A DNA stretch of 64,000 bases. Source: Planctomycetota bacterium (lineage in GTDB: Bacteria > Planctomycetota > UBA11346). Positions 1 to 9,803 of this stretch are shown piece by piece. The first letter of the stretch is position 1. The number at the start of each line of letters is the position of its first letter. The DNA lies in assembly GCA_038231435.1 (NCBI GenBank), contig JBBRLJ010000001.1:128001-192000 (forward strand), written 5' to 3'. The notes beneath the pieces are model-generated. The model had not been told where the DNA came from. It was given only the letters and a program-made list of their open reading frames with translations, and made no database searches. Made by a program: the position numbers and the translations under genes.

Positions 1-508
1 GCTGCTCCGCCGAACCGACCGCGACCGCGTCGACACCATCGAGCCGATACCGACTCCACGTCACCAGCTGATCGCAACTGTCCACCGCGATCTCGGCGCT
101 GACGTCCAGATGCACCTCGACCTCGTGCTCGCGGCCGTCGTCCGACCACGCCGTCACGGTGACATAGCTGACCGGTCGCGCGAGCACTTCGAGTTCATTC
201 GCGAGCAGCGGTGACAGGAAGCGCACGCGCAGACGGATACCGCCGCCGGAGAACACATAGGTGGTCGCAGTCGGTGAGATGATGCACGCGTGCTGGGTGA
301 GCGGTGGTACCCGCGCCGGATCAGGACCAGCAAAGCGGTGGCAGGCGCCATCGATGCGGACCAGTCCGGCGAGCGGATGGTTGCGGCCGGTCCAATGCTT
401 GGTGTGCGACGACGTCAGCTCGTCGCCCATCGACCAGATGCTGAAATACGGGTCGTGGGCGATGAGCGGGACGGCGGGAGCGCGGAAGGGCAGGATGGTG
501 GTGGTCAT
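1..508 (-). CDS. Glutaminase A (GtaA)-like / DUF5127-DUF4965 family protein, 5' part (runs off window start)
   Basis: Manual translation from ATG at 508: MTTTILPFRAPAVPLIAHDPYFSIWSMGDELTSSHTKHWTG...VRIDG...LSPLLANELEVLARPVSYV. PAVPLIxxDPYFSxW is the typical N-terminus of this family. Not in the ORF track. Confidence 0.75.
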   Translation of the reverse strand, partial: MTTTILPFRAPAVPLIAHDPYFSIWSMGDELTSSHTKHWTGRNHPLAGLVRIDGACHRFAGPDPARVPPLTQHACIISPTATTYVFSGGGIRLRVRFLSPLLANELEVLARPVSYVTVTAWSDDGREHEVEVHLDVSAEIAVDSCDQLVTWSRYRLDGVDAVAVGSAEQ

Positions 509-716
509 GATCCCAGTCGTACGCATGCGCTCGCTGCTTAGCCAGCGTCCCGGCATGCGTACACACATCATGGGCATTCGCGGGGTTATCAGGTGCAAAG
601 ATGGCGCACTCCTATCGAACCACGTCCGCTCCGACCGCGAGACCGAGCGAGTCAGGCGGCAGCTTCGCGATCAGCTACGTATTGATCCCGGTTGCTGGCT
701 TGGACGCTAGCGCTAC

Positions 717-1910
717 GTGTCCCGCCTAGCGCACATCACTTCAGCTTCAGTGGCAGTGGTCCTCCTCCTGGTCGCCGGTTGCGGCGAGAAGGCCGAGAAC
801 GGCGGGAAGGCGAAGCAGACCTGGCGGATGCCGGTGCAGGTGCAGGCCGTCGCCACGCGCTCGGTCGCCCAAGAGATCCGCGCCGGCGGTACCCTCGATC
901 CCGCGGAGGTGGTGCAGATCACCAATCGCGTGGCCGGGGTTGCCGAGCACGTCGCGTTCAATGCCGGCGATGCGGCGAAGGCAGGCCAGGTTCTGGTCGA
1001 AATCGAACCGGAACGCTTCCGCATCGCCATCGAGCGCGCCCAGGCCGGCTTGGCCAAAGCCGAGGCCCAGGTCGCCGAGGCGCGCGCGGCGCTGGCCAGG
1101 CGCGAGGAGATCGCTGCCAAGGGCGACGGCCTGATCACCGCCGAGGAATTGGCGACCTGGCGCAGCCGTCTGGCCCAGGGCACGGCGGATGTCGCGCTGG
1201 GCAAGGCCGGTGTCGACCAGGCCGAGCTCGATGCGCGGGACGCTGGCGTCCGCGCTCCCATAACCGCCATCATCGAATCGCGCGCCGTGCGCACCGGCCA
1301 ATTCCTGCCGGTCGGCACGGTGGTCGCGACCCAGGTCCAGCGCCTGCCCATGCGTCTGCGCGCGCGTGTGACCGCGGCCGAGGCCGGGCTGTTGGCGGTC
1401 GGCCAGCCAGTACGGGTGCTTCCCGCCGCGGGCGGCGAACTCGCCGGCAAGATCGCGCTGGTCGGAGCCGTCGGCGACACCGCCACCCGCACCGTCGAGG
1501 TGGTGGCCGAGATGGCGACCGCGCCGGATGCGATCATCGCCGGAGGCTTCGCTGAACTGGTGGCCAGCGCCAGCGGCGCCAAGACCCAGCCGGCCGTCCC
1601 GCAGTCGGCGCTGCGCGCCACCGAACGCGGCTACGTCGCCCTGGTCGCGACCAGGGACGGCGGGGGCTGGGTCGCGCGCTCGCGCATCGTCGATGCGGGC
1701 CTGCGCTCGCCGGATGGCTGGGTCGAGATCCGCGCAGGCCTGGCCGCCGGCGATTCGCTGATCGTGCTCGGCGCCGACGGCCTGCGCGATGGACAGGCGA
1801 TCGACCCGACCGAGGCGACGTCTCCCGCGGCAGCCTCGGCCGACTCCAGCGCCGACTCCGAGCCAGCCAAGGCCGAGGCTGCTTCCAAGGGCCAGGCTGG
1901 GAAGCGCTGA
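717..1910 (+). CDS. RND efflux periplasmic adaptor (membrane fusion) lipoprotein
   Basis: Lipobox-like LLVAGC, lipoyl/hairpin pattern (VRAPITAIIESRAVRTGQ), directly upstream of an RND permease. Confidence 0.9.
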   Translation: MSRLAHITSASVAVVLLLVAGCGEKAENGGKAKQTWRMPVQVQAVATRSVAQEIRAGGTLDPAEVVQITNRVAGVAEHVAFNAGDAAKAGQVLVEIEPERFRIAIERAQAGLAKAEAQVAEARAALARREEIAAKGDGLITAEELATWRSRLAQGTADVALGKAGVDQAELDARDAGVRAPITAIIESRAVRTGQFLPVGTVVATQVQRLPMRLRARVTAAEAGLLAVGQPVRVLPAAGGELAGKIALVGAVGDTATRTVEVVAEMATAPDAIIAGGFAELVASASGAKTQPAVPQSALRATERGYVALVATRDGGGWVARSRIVDAGLRSPDGWVEIRAGLAAGDSLIVLGADGLRDGQAIDPTEATSPAAASADSSADSEPAKAEAASKGQAGKR

Positions 1911-1923
1911 ACGTGACCACGCC

Positions 1924-4900
1924 GTGCTCGCCGCGCTGACCGACCACTGCATCAAGCGTCCGCTCACCGCCTGGGTGCTGATGGTGGCGATGACGCTGAT
2001 CGGCGGCCTGGCCCTGTCACGCATCGGTCTGAGCCAGTTCCCGGACGTCGACAAACCCGAGATCTCAGTGACCGCCGAGCTTCCAGGGTCGTCGCCGGCC
2101 TCGATGGAGCGCGACATCTGCGAACTGCTCGAGGAGGTCCTGGTCCAGGCCGAAGGCGTGGCCTCGATGGAATCGTCGGTGCGGTCAGGCCGCGCGACCA
2201 TCACCATGCACCTGCAGACCGGCCGGGATGTCGAGGCCGCGCTCCAGGACGCCCAGAACCGCATCTCGCGCATCGCCGACGATCTGCCGCGCGACATGTT
2301 GCCGATCCATCTCTCGAAGACCAATCCAGAGGACCGACCGCTGGTGTTCCTGTCGCTCAGCGGGCCGTATTCCAACCAGGCGCTGTCGGACACCGCGCAC
2401 AATCTCATTTCGGACGCGCTGCAGGCGGTCCCTGGCGTCGGCTCGGTAGACCTGCAGGGTCCTCAGATCCGCGCGGTCAAGGTGTGGCTGCAGCGCGAGC
2501 GCCTCGAGGCGCGCGACCTGACCATCTCGGATGTGCTCGCCGGACTGCGCGCGAACAATCTCGAGGCCTCGGGTGGCACCATCGAGGGCGCCGGCGGAGA
2601 TCTCGGCGTGCGCGTGCTCGGACAGCCGCGCGAGATCCGCGATCTCGCCGGCGTGGTGATTGCGACCCGTCCAGTGCCGGGCGGAGCTCCCGCCGCGGTC
2701 CGGCTCGGCGACCTGGCGATGATCGAGGACGGCTTCGTCGAGGAACACCGCATCAATCGCGTCGATGGCCAGCAGCGCCAGGGGATCGCCATAGCAAAGC
2801 AGCGCGGCGCCAATGCCGTGGCGGTTTCCGCCGGCATCCGCGCGGTGATGGTTCGCCTGGGCTCGCAGCTGCCGAAGAGCATGGTCCTCGAGATGGCGTT
2901 CGACGGCAGCGTGTTCGTGCTGCAGTCGCTGTCGGCGATGTGGCACGAGTTGGCGGTGGCGGTGGTGCTGACCGCGCTGGTGTGCTGGGTGTTCCTCGGC
3001 GCCTGGTGGGCGGCGGCATCGGTGCTGCTCGCCATCCCCATGGCCCTGCTGGGCACCGTGGCGGTGCTGTGGGGCACCGGGGCCACGCTCAACACCTTCA
3101 CCCTGCTCGGCCTGGCGCTGGCGATCGGCCTGGTGGTGGACGACGCGATCATGGTGCAGGAGAGCATCGATCGGCATCGCGGCCAGGGCATGCCGCCCAA
3201 GGACGCTGCCGCGCGCGGCACCGCGGCAGTGCGCTTCGCCGCACTGGCGGCATCGGTGGCGGTGCTCGCGGTATTCTCGCCGGTGATGTTCATGGGCGGT
3301 GAGATCGGCGCGTCCTTCCTGCAGTTCGGCGTCGCACTGTGCGTCGCCGTGGGGCTCAGCTACCTCGAGGCCGTGACGCTGGCTCCCGCGCGCGCGGCGC
3401 AGTTCATGGGCTCGGGCCGACGCGTCCACGAACCGCGCGCGTGGAAGGCCATAGAACGCGGCTACCGCCGGATCCTCGGCATCGCTTTACGCAGGCCATG
3501 GCCGACCCTCGCCAGCGCGGTGCTCGCCACCGTGACGGGCGCCTGGGCACTGGCGTCGCTGCCGCGCGAAACCGCGCCCGAGCAGGACGGCAGCCGCATC
3601 GAGATCCCCTGGAGCGCGCCCGCCACCGCCGATCAGCGCACGGTGGACGCGATCGCGGATGCGATGTCGGCCACGCTCGGCACCATTCCGGGTGTCATCT
3701 CGGTGCAGGTGAACGCCAACGGGGTCAACGGCCGCTGCTACGCGACTCTCGCGCCGCGCGGACAGCGCCCGGTGCAGGGCAGGATCCTCATCGAGGTGCG
3801 CAAGCGGCTCGCCGTGATCCCCGGACTGACCGCGCGCGCGCGCCCATCGGTCCAGGATCTGATCCAGGTGCCTGACGCGGCCGCGGCCGACATCTCGATC
3901 CGCGGACCCGAGCACCAGCGCTGTGCGGACATCGCCGATGCGATCCTCCGCCGCTGGCGCGACGATCCGCGTCTGGTCGAGGCCTCCACCAGCTGGAAGA
4001 TCGCCGCCGCCGAGCTGACCGTCGAGCCCGATCGCGCGGCGTGCGCTGATCTCGGCGTCGATATCAACGTCTTGGCGGCGACCATCGACAGTCTGATCGG
4101 CGGCAGCGGTGCGGGCACATTTACGCTCGAAGGCCGGCGCCAGGACGTACGCGTCCGCCTGCGCATCAGCGAGCGCTCGACGCCCGAGGACATCGGCCTG
4201 GTGCGCGTGCGCACCCGCTCGGGCGCCACCGTCCCCCTGTCCTCGGTGGCGCATGTCGGCATCCGTCCGGCGCCGGCGCAGCTGACCCGGCTCGACCGCG
4301 AACCCGCGGTGATCCTGCGCGCGAACGCCGCGCCCGGCGTGTCGCAGGATGCAGCCCAGCACGTTGCCGCGTCGCTGGTCGGCGAGCTTCCGCCCGGATA
4401 CCGCGCCGTCCCCGGGGATTCGGCGGCGGTATTCAACAATGCCATGAGCAATCTCGGCTTTGCACTGGTCATCGGCTTGGCCGCCGCCTACCTCATCCTG
4501 GTGGTCCAGTTCAACTCGTTGATCCATCCGCTGACCGTGCTCACGGCCTTGCCCCTGGCTGCAGCCGGCGCAGGCGTGGCGCTGCTGATCACCGGGCAAT
4601 CGCTCAACCTCTACAGCGGCATCGGCATGCTCCTACTCATGGGCCTGGCCAAGAAGAACTCGATCCTGCTCGTCGACCGCGCCAACCACGCCCGTGATCA
4701 CGGCGAAGCCGGGGATGCCGCCGATGCCATGCGCATCGCCGGACCGGCGCGCTTGCGCGCCATCCTCATGACCTCGGCAGCGACCTGCGCCGCGGCCCTG
4801 CCGATCGCCGCCGGACTCGGCGAGGGCTCGGAGGTGCGGCGCCCGATGGCGATCGCCATCATCGGCGGCGTCGCCATCTCGACCGCGCTCAGCCTGGTGG

Positions 4901-4980
4901 TGGTGCCTGCGTTTTACATCATCAGCGATCGTCTCGGTCGCCGCGGAAGCCCCGCGCGCCGGGAAGCCGACCAGTCCTGA
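1924..4980 (+). CDS. RND efflux permease (AcrB/AcrD/AcrF family)
   Basis: CIKRP N-terminus, FPDVD, GLVVDDAI, KKNSILLVD, RLRAILMTS motifs; GTG start at 1924 inferred. Confidence 0.93.
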   Translation: MLAALTDHCIKRPLTAWVLMVAMTLIGGLALSRIGLSQFPDVDKPEISVTAELPGSSPASMERDICELLEEVLVQAEGVASMESSVRSGRATITMHLQTGRDVEAALQDAQNRISRIADDLPRDMLPIHLSKTNPEDRPLVFLSLSGPYSNQALSDTAHNLISDALQAVPGVGSVDLQGPQIRAVKVWLQRERLEARDLTISDVLAGLRANNLEASGGTIEGAGGDLGVRVLGQPREIRDLAGVVIATRPVPGGAPAAVRLGDLAMIEDGFVEEHRINRVDGQQRQGIAIAKQRGANAVAVSAGIRAVMVRLGSQLPKSMVLEMAFDGSVFVLQSLSAMWHELAVAVVLTALVCWVFLGAWWAAASVLLAIPMALLGTVAVLWGTGATLNTFTLLGLALAIGLVVDDAIMVQESIDRHRGQGMPPKDAAARGTAAVRFAALAASVAVLAVFSPVMFMGGEIGASFLQFGVALCVAVGLSYLEAVTLAPARAAQFMGSGRRVHEPRAWKAIERGYRRILGIALRRPWPTLASAVLATVTGAWALASLPRETAPEQDGSRIEIPWSAPATADQRTVDAIADAMSATLGTIPGVISVQVNANGVNGRCYATLAPRGQRPVQGRILIEVRKRLAVIPGLTARARPSVQDLIQVPDAAAADISIRGPEHQRCADIADAILRRWRDDPRLVEASTSWKIAAAELTVEPDRAACADLGVDINVLAATIDSLIGGSGAGTFTLEGRRQDVRVRLRISERSTPEDIGLVRVRTRSGATVPLSSVAHVGIRPAPAQLTRLDREPAVILRANAAPGVSQDAAQHVAASLVGELPPGYRAVPGDSAAVFNNAMSNLGFALVIGLAAAYLILVVQFNSLIHPLTVLTALPLAAAGAGVALLITGQSLNLYSGIGMLLLMGLAKKNSILLVDRANHARDHGEAGDAADAMRIAGPARLRAILMTSAATCAAALPIAAGLGEGSEVRRPMAIAIIGGVAISTALSLVVVPAFYIISDRLGRRGSPARREADQS

Positions 4981-5007
4981 CGGTCCCGGTCGTGTCCGCC
5001 AACAGGC

Positions 5008-5571
5008 TCACGACTTCTTGGCGTGGATCTCGACCCAGACGGCGAAGGCCTGGATGAACCGGCTAGCGGTCTCGCGCATCTTCTCATCGCTCAAGGCGCC
5101 CGTGGCGTCGAACAGGGATGCGGCATTGCCGATGTAGGCCTCGGGCTGCGGCATGGTCGGGATGTTGAGATACATCAGTGACTGGCGCAGGTGGTGGTTC
5201 GCGCCGAACGCGCCCTGCCCGCCGACGGTCACGCTCATCACGGCGCCAGGCTTGCCATTCCACGCACTCTTCCCGTACGGACGCGAGCCGATGTCGATCG
5301 CGTTCTTCAGCATTCCAGGAACCGAGCGGTTGTATTCGGGTGTCAGGAACAGCAGCGCATCGGCGCGGCGGATGCGGTCGCGGAAGGCGACCCAGGGCTG
5401 GGGAGGCTTTTCGTCGAGGTCCTGGTCGTACATCGACAGTTCGCGGAGCTCAACGATCTCGAGCTTCAGGCTCGCCGGGGCGAGCGCCGACAGCGCGTTC
5501 GCCATCAGCCGGTTGAAGGAGCCTTTGCGCAGGCTGCCGACGATGACGGCGACGTCGCGGGGATTGCTCAT
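5008..5571 (-). CDS. NADPH-dependent FMN reductase (ChrR/SsuE-like)
   Basis: GSLRKGSFN and PEYNRSVPGMLKNAID motifs; GGAG upstream. Confidence 0.92.
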   Translation of the reverse strand: MSNPRDVAVIVGSLRKGSFNRLMANALSALAPASLKLEIVELRELSMYDQDLDEKPPQPWVAFRDRIRRADALLFLTPEYNRSVPGMLKNAIDIGSRPYGKSAWNGKPGAVMSVTVGGQGAFGANHHLRQSLMYLNIPTMPQPEAYIGNAASLFDATGALSDEKMRETASRFIQAFAVWVEIHAKKS

Positions 5572-5698
5572 GGATGCTCCAACAGGTGACAGCGGACAGG
5601 ATGGGAAGCAGAGATGTCGCGACTATCTCCCCCCTCTCGTCCTTCCCATGGCAATCCGCCATGCGTTGGACAACTTGGCCCGAACACACCGTGCGGAG

Positions 5699-6586
5699 TC
5701 AGGAATGTTTCTTGGCGACGCGCATGACCATGGTCAGGAGTCGGCGCGCGCCGGTTCCAAGCACCAGCACGGCGCCCAGGAACGCCACCGCCATCTGGCC
5801 TGGAGGATGATCCCGGTGATTCGCCCAGACGAATGCCAGGATCGTGACCATCAGCGCGATCGCCGGCGCCGCGATGAACATGCCAGCCAAGGTGCGGCAC
5901 CACGAGCGCGCGATGAGCGCCGGCAACACCAAGCAGCCGAAGGTGAAAAGCGTACCGGCACTAGCGATGGCGAGACCGAGTGCGACGCCTAGGGACAGCG
6001 CGAGACCCGCCGACCACCAGTTCACCCGGATGCCGACGGCGGAGGCGAAGGTGGGATCGAGCACCACCAGGCAGATCCTCCGGCGGAACACCGCGAAGCC
6101 GACCGCGATGACCACCGCGAGCGCGGCGAACATTTCCACATCGATGCGCGATGCGCCGATCAGGGACGACGCGAACAGGTGGCTGACCTGCTCGAGATCG
6201 TGCGGGTGGGTCGCCAAGAGCAGCATGGGCATGCACCCGCCCATCAGGAACAGCCAGGCGGTAGAGGAATCGCCCGAGCGGCCGCGCGCGAGCCCCGCGA
6301 TCGACGCGAGCGTTCCGCCGATGATCGCGGCGGCGGTGTTCGCGGCATGGCCAGGATCGCCTTCATGGGAGGCCAGCCATGGGATGGCGAACGCCGTTGA
6401 TGCCCACAGCGCGATGGCGACGCTCCCCGCCGAGGCCTGGGCCACCGCCGCGCCGAGAAAGGCCTGGTTGCGGGCCACGACCAGGCAGCCGAGCTGGGCC
6501 AGTGCCACCGCGATCAGCCAGCCGGAGAGGTACGAATTGCCGAAGAATTGCCACGAGGTGAGGAATTCCTTGATGAAAGCGTTCAT
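5699..6586 (-). CDS. Metal (Zn/Mn/Fe-type) ABC transporter permease
   Basis: Hydrophobic, DPTFASAVG loop, GTLFTFGCLVLPA; ATG at 6586 overlaps the ATPase stop (ATGA). Confidence 0.85.
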   Translation of the reverse strand: MNAFIKEFLTSWQFFGNSYLSGWLIAVALAQLGCLVVARNQAFLGAAVAQASAGSVAIALWASTAFAIPWLASHEGDPGHAANTAAAIIGGTLASIAGLARGRSGDSSTAWLFLMGGCMPMLLLATHPHDLEQVSHLFASSLIGASRIDVEMFAALAVVIAVGFAVFRRRICLVVLDPTFASAVGIRVNWWSAGLALSLGVALGLAIASAGTLFTFGCLVLPALIARSWCRTLAGMFIAAPAIALMVTILAFVWANHRDHPPGQMAVAFLGAVLVLGTGARRLLTMVMRVAKKHS

Positions 6587-7329
6587 CGCCGCGCCTCCGC
6601 GACCGCCGCCGCCAGGCCCGAGGCCGCCGCCGGCTGCAGTCCGTAGGCGTGCTGCAACCGCTCGGGCGTCAGCACCTCGACGATCGATCCCGCCGACACC
6701 TGGCCGCGATCGAAGAGCGCGGCGTGGGTGGCGCACTGCGACGCGAGCGCCAGGTCGTGCGTGACCAGCAGAATGGTCATGCCGCCGCCCGCATGCAGCT
6801 TGGCGAGGGTCTCGACCAATTCGTGCTCGCTGGTCGGATCGAGCCCGTTGGTCGGCTCGTCGAGCAGCAGCAGGGTCGGGCGACGCGCCAGCGCGCGAGC
6901 GAGCACCCCTCGCTGGCGCTGCCCGCCCGAGAGCGACAGGTAGGCGGCGTTCGGGCGGTCTCCCAGGGCGACTCGCGCGAGCGCCTCTTCCACCCGGTCC
7001 TTCGCCTCCATCCCACGGGCACCGGTGCCGACCAATCCCAATTCGACGAATTCGCGTAGGGATACCGGCACCGTATCCGGAAAATCGGTGCGCTGGGGCA
7101 CGATGCCGATGCGCGCGCTGTGCGGGAACGAGGATGCGAGCGTGAGCGTCCCACCGAGCGGCGCGAGTTGCCCGAGCAGCACCTTGAGCAAGGTGCTCTT
7201 GCCGCAGCCGTTCGGGCCGAGCACGCACCAGAACTCGCCCTCGGCAACCGTCAGATCGATGGTGGCGAGCGGGCAGCCAGGCGCATACCCCAGCACCAGC
7301 GAGCGCGTGCTGAACAGCGGCGTAGTCAT
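6583..7329 (-). CDS. Metal ABC transporter ATP-binding protein (ZnuC-like)
   Basis: GPNGCGKST, LSGGQRQR, LLLLDEP, VTHD. Confidence 0.92.
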   Translation of the reverse strand: MTTPLFSTRSLVLGYAPGCPLATIDLTVAEGEFWCVLGPNGCGKSTLLKVLLGQLAPLGGTLTLASSFPHSARIGIVPQRTDFPDTVPVSLREFVELGLVGTGARGMEAKDRVEEALARVALGDRPNAAYLSLSGGQRQRGVLARALARRPTLLLLDEPTNGLDPTSEHELVETLAKLHAGGGMTILLVTHDLALASQCATHAALFDRGQVSAGSIVEVLTPERLQHAYGLQPAAASGLAAAVAEARR

Positions 7330-8360
7330 TTGCCTGCCGCGAATGCGTCGGCGACGGCCGTGACATTATGGTCGATGAATGCCAGGTAGTCATCGGTGCC
7401 GGCCAACGCGCCGACCTGGTGCGCCATCGCGGCGATATGCCCTCCGGTCTGCTCGGCGACCACGCGCGCATCCTTCGGGTCGAAGAACGGCGTGGTCAGG
7501 ATCACGACGATGCCCTGGGACTTCATCATCGATATCACCTCTTGCAGGTGCTTGGTCGTCGGCGGGATGCCTGGCTTGGGCTCCAGATAGCCCACGACCT
7601 CGAAGCCGAAGGTGCGCGAGAAGTACGGCCACACCGCGTGATCGGCGACGACCTTCTTCCCATTGCATGCGCGCATACGCCCGAGCCATCCACCGAGCTT
7701 GGCGTCGTCGCCCTGACTCTTGAGGAATTCGCCGAGCTTGCCGCGCTCGACCAGAAGCCCGAGCTTGGACGGATCGTATTTCGAGGAGAGCTCCTTGCCG
7801 AACAGCCGCTCGCCGAGGCGCTTGGCGAAATCCTGGTAACGGCCGTGAACGTACTCCGCATCGGCGGGGCGCAGCTCGGCGATCTTGGCCTCGATCAGCG
7901 CCGCCACCTTCAGCCCGCTGAGCGGATCCGTGAAGAAGTGCGGATTACCGCCCGGATGGACGTCGCCCAGGGAGCGGTCTACCGTGCCGGTAGGTACCTC
8001 CAGGGGCTGGATGACCGTGCAGGCCTCGAGGAAGCCCGGTGTTCCAGGCAGCACCTTCTCATTGCGCGCGTTCTTGAGCAGGACCGGGGCCCAGCCGATC
8101 TCGAGCTCGAGACCGCTCTGGATGAAGAGGTCGGCGTTCGCGAGTGCGCGCACGAAGCTCGGCCGCGCCTCGATGTAATGCGGATCCTCGGGTCCCTTGG
8201 CGAAGGTGGTGACCTTCACGCGCTCGCCGCCGACTTCCTGGGTCAAGGAGGCGAGATCGGGGACGGTGACGCATACCTCCAATGGTTTGTCGGCCGCGAT
8301 GCCTGGCGCGGCGAGCGCGAGAACCAGCAGGATGATGGTGGCGATGGGGAGTGGTTTCAT
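7326..8360 (-). CDS. Metal ABC transporter substrate-binding protein (ZnuA/TroA cluster A-I)
   Basis: Signal peptide, EDPHY, GLELEIGW, DVHPGGNPHF, EPKPGIPPT motifs. Confidence 0.92.
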   Translation of the reverse strand: MKPLPIATIILLVLALAAPGIAADKPLEVCVTVPDLASLTQEVGGERVKVTTFAKGPEDPHYIEARPSFVRALANADLFIQSGLELEIGWAPVLLKNARNEKVLPGTPGFLEACTVIQPLEVPTGTVDRSLGDVHPGGNPHFFTDPLSGLKVAALIEAKIAELRPADAEYVHGRYQDFAKRLGERLFGKELSSKYDPSKLGLLVERGKLGEFLKSQGDDAKLGGWLGRMRACNGKKVVADHAVWPYFSRTFGFEVVGYLEPKPGIPPTTKHLQEVISMMKSQGIVVILTTPFFDPKDARVVAEQTGGHIAAMAHQVGALAGTDDYLAFIDHNVTAVADAFAAGK

Positions 8361-8372
8361 GGTGGATCTCGC

Positions 8373-9743
8373 TCAGTAATTGTGCGCGGGATGCGCGCCG
8401 ATCATGACTTCGAATCCGAGCCACACGCTCTGGGCGTCGTGCGTCGGCAGCGCGGCGGAATGGTCGAAATCGTATTGGAGCCTGAACTTCGAGAATTCAC
8501 TGGGATTGAAGGTCAGGAGCGGCGACAGGCGATAGCGGTTGTCGCGAGTCGGATCAGCGTCGTGGCTGACCAGACCGGTTCCAACCTGGTACGAATCGCC
8601 AGCTCCAGTCGCGTATTCGGCGCGGAATCCGGCGGCCCAGCGGGGCTGGAAGCCGACCACGACCTGGGAGCATATGCCCCAGTCCCTGAGGAGGTCCGCG
8701 GGGATTAACCCCGCGCTCACCGGATCCACCGCCGCGTCGGCGTGGTAGCGACGGGCAATGACCTCGGTCTGCCACACCAGGCTCGGGATGGCGCGCACCC
8801 GCTCGTGCCATTTGACCAGCAGGTCGGCGCCGAAGATCTCGGTCCGACCGGTCGGCCCGGTATTATTGGGGCCGAATGCCGCGGACACGCCGAACTGGAG
8901 CATGGTCGCCTCGGGCAACTCCCAATTGTTCACCCAGCGCACCGCGTACAGGAAATCAGCCAGGCTGCGCGTGGTGCGCGCGACCGCGGGTCGGCCACCG
9001 ATGGTGAGCGGTGGACCGCTCGCAGGAGTCTCCCCGCCCATGAAGCTGCGCTCGGTGGCGTCGTCGGGATTCTGCATGCCCGCGAACACCTCTGAGAACC
9101 ACGGCAGCGGCGCGAGCCATGATACGCGGCCGCCCACGCCCCGGTTCCCATCTGGGCCGAAGATGCGCGAGTTCACCACCGGCTCGTCGAGCCATGGCCA
9201 CTGGTGCGGATGCTGCGGATTGGTGCGGCCGAATTCGGTGAGGTAGTAGCCACCCTTGAACTGGAGGGAGTACGGAAGCTGCGTCGTCGTCGCGTAGGCC
9301 TCTTCGAGCTCGACGCCGTCCTCCTTATAGACGATGTGCGCCTCGGCGTTGAAGTACGGATCCACAGCCCCGAAAAACGAGATCTCAGCCTGCTGCAGCG
9401 TGAAGCCGCGGCGCTTGGGATCGTGATCTCCGCCCTGGAGCTGGGTGATCTGCGGATCGGTGGCTGTCGAGGCCCCGCCCGCCGTGTTGATATCGAGCGA
9501 GACGTCGGCCAGTTTGACGGTCGGGCTGCCGCCTCCACCCCCGATCTGGGCGATTGGGGCGCGCGTGGTCGTCGCATCACCGCGAGGCACGGGCCGAGCA
9601 GGTGCATCGAGGCCAGCGAGCGCGCGATCGAGCGCGGCGTTGGGATCGTCGGTGGGCGGGTTCTCCGCGGCCTGTATCAGGGTGGGGGAAAAGAGGACAG
9701 CGGCGGCTGCTGGCAGCAGCCACCACAGCACGGGGCTGCGCAT
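8373..9743 (-). CDS. Putative outer-membrane beta-barrel protein of the metal-uptake operon
   Basis: Signal peptide, GDHDPKRRGFTLQQAE, EEAY, NPQHPHQW, amphipathic strands, C-terminal GAHPAHNY; GGAG before ATG 9743. Confidence 0.75.
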   Translation of the reverse strand: MRSPVLWWLLPAAAAVLFSPTLIQAAENPPTDDPNAALDRALAGLDAPARPVPRGDATTTRAPIAQIGGGGGSPTVKLADVSLDINTAGGASTATDPQITQLQGGDHDPKRRGFTLQQAEISFFGAVDPYFNAEAHIVYKEDGVELEEAYATTTQLPYSLQFKGGYYLTEFGRTNPQHPHQWPWLDEPVVNSRIFGPDGNRGVGGRVSWLAPLPWFSEVFAGMQNPDDATERSFMGGETPASGPPLTIGGRPAVARTTRSLADFLYAVRWVNNWELPEATMLQFGVSAAFGPNNTGPTGRTEIFGADLLVKWHERVRAIPSLVWQTEVIARRYHADAAVDPVSAGLIPADLLRDWGICSQVVVGFQPRWAAGFRAEYATGAGDSYQVGTGLVSHDADPTRDNRYRLSPLLTFNPSEFSKFRLQYDFDHSAALPTHDAQSVWLGFEVMIGAHPAHNY

Positions 9744-9803
9744 GGGATCTCCGTCGGGAACATGGAGTCGTCGGGGTGCGCGCACGCGCACCGGAGCGAG
9801 GAA

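Noticed and set aside
717..4980. RND pump without an adjacent outer-membrane factor
   Set aside because: Common arrangement; the TolC-like partner is often encoded elsewhere
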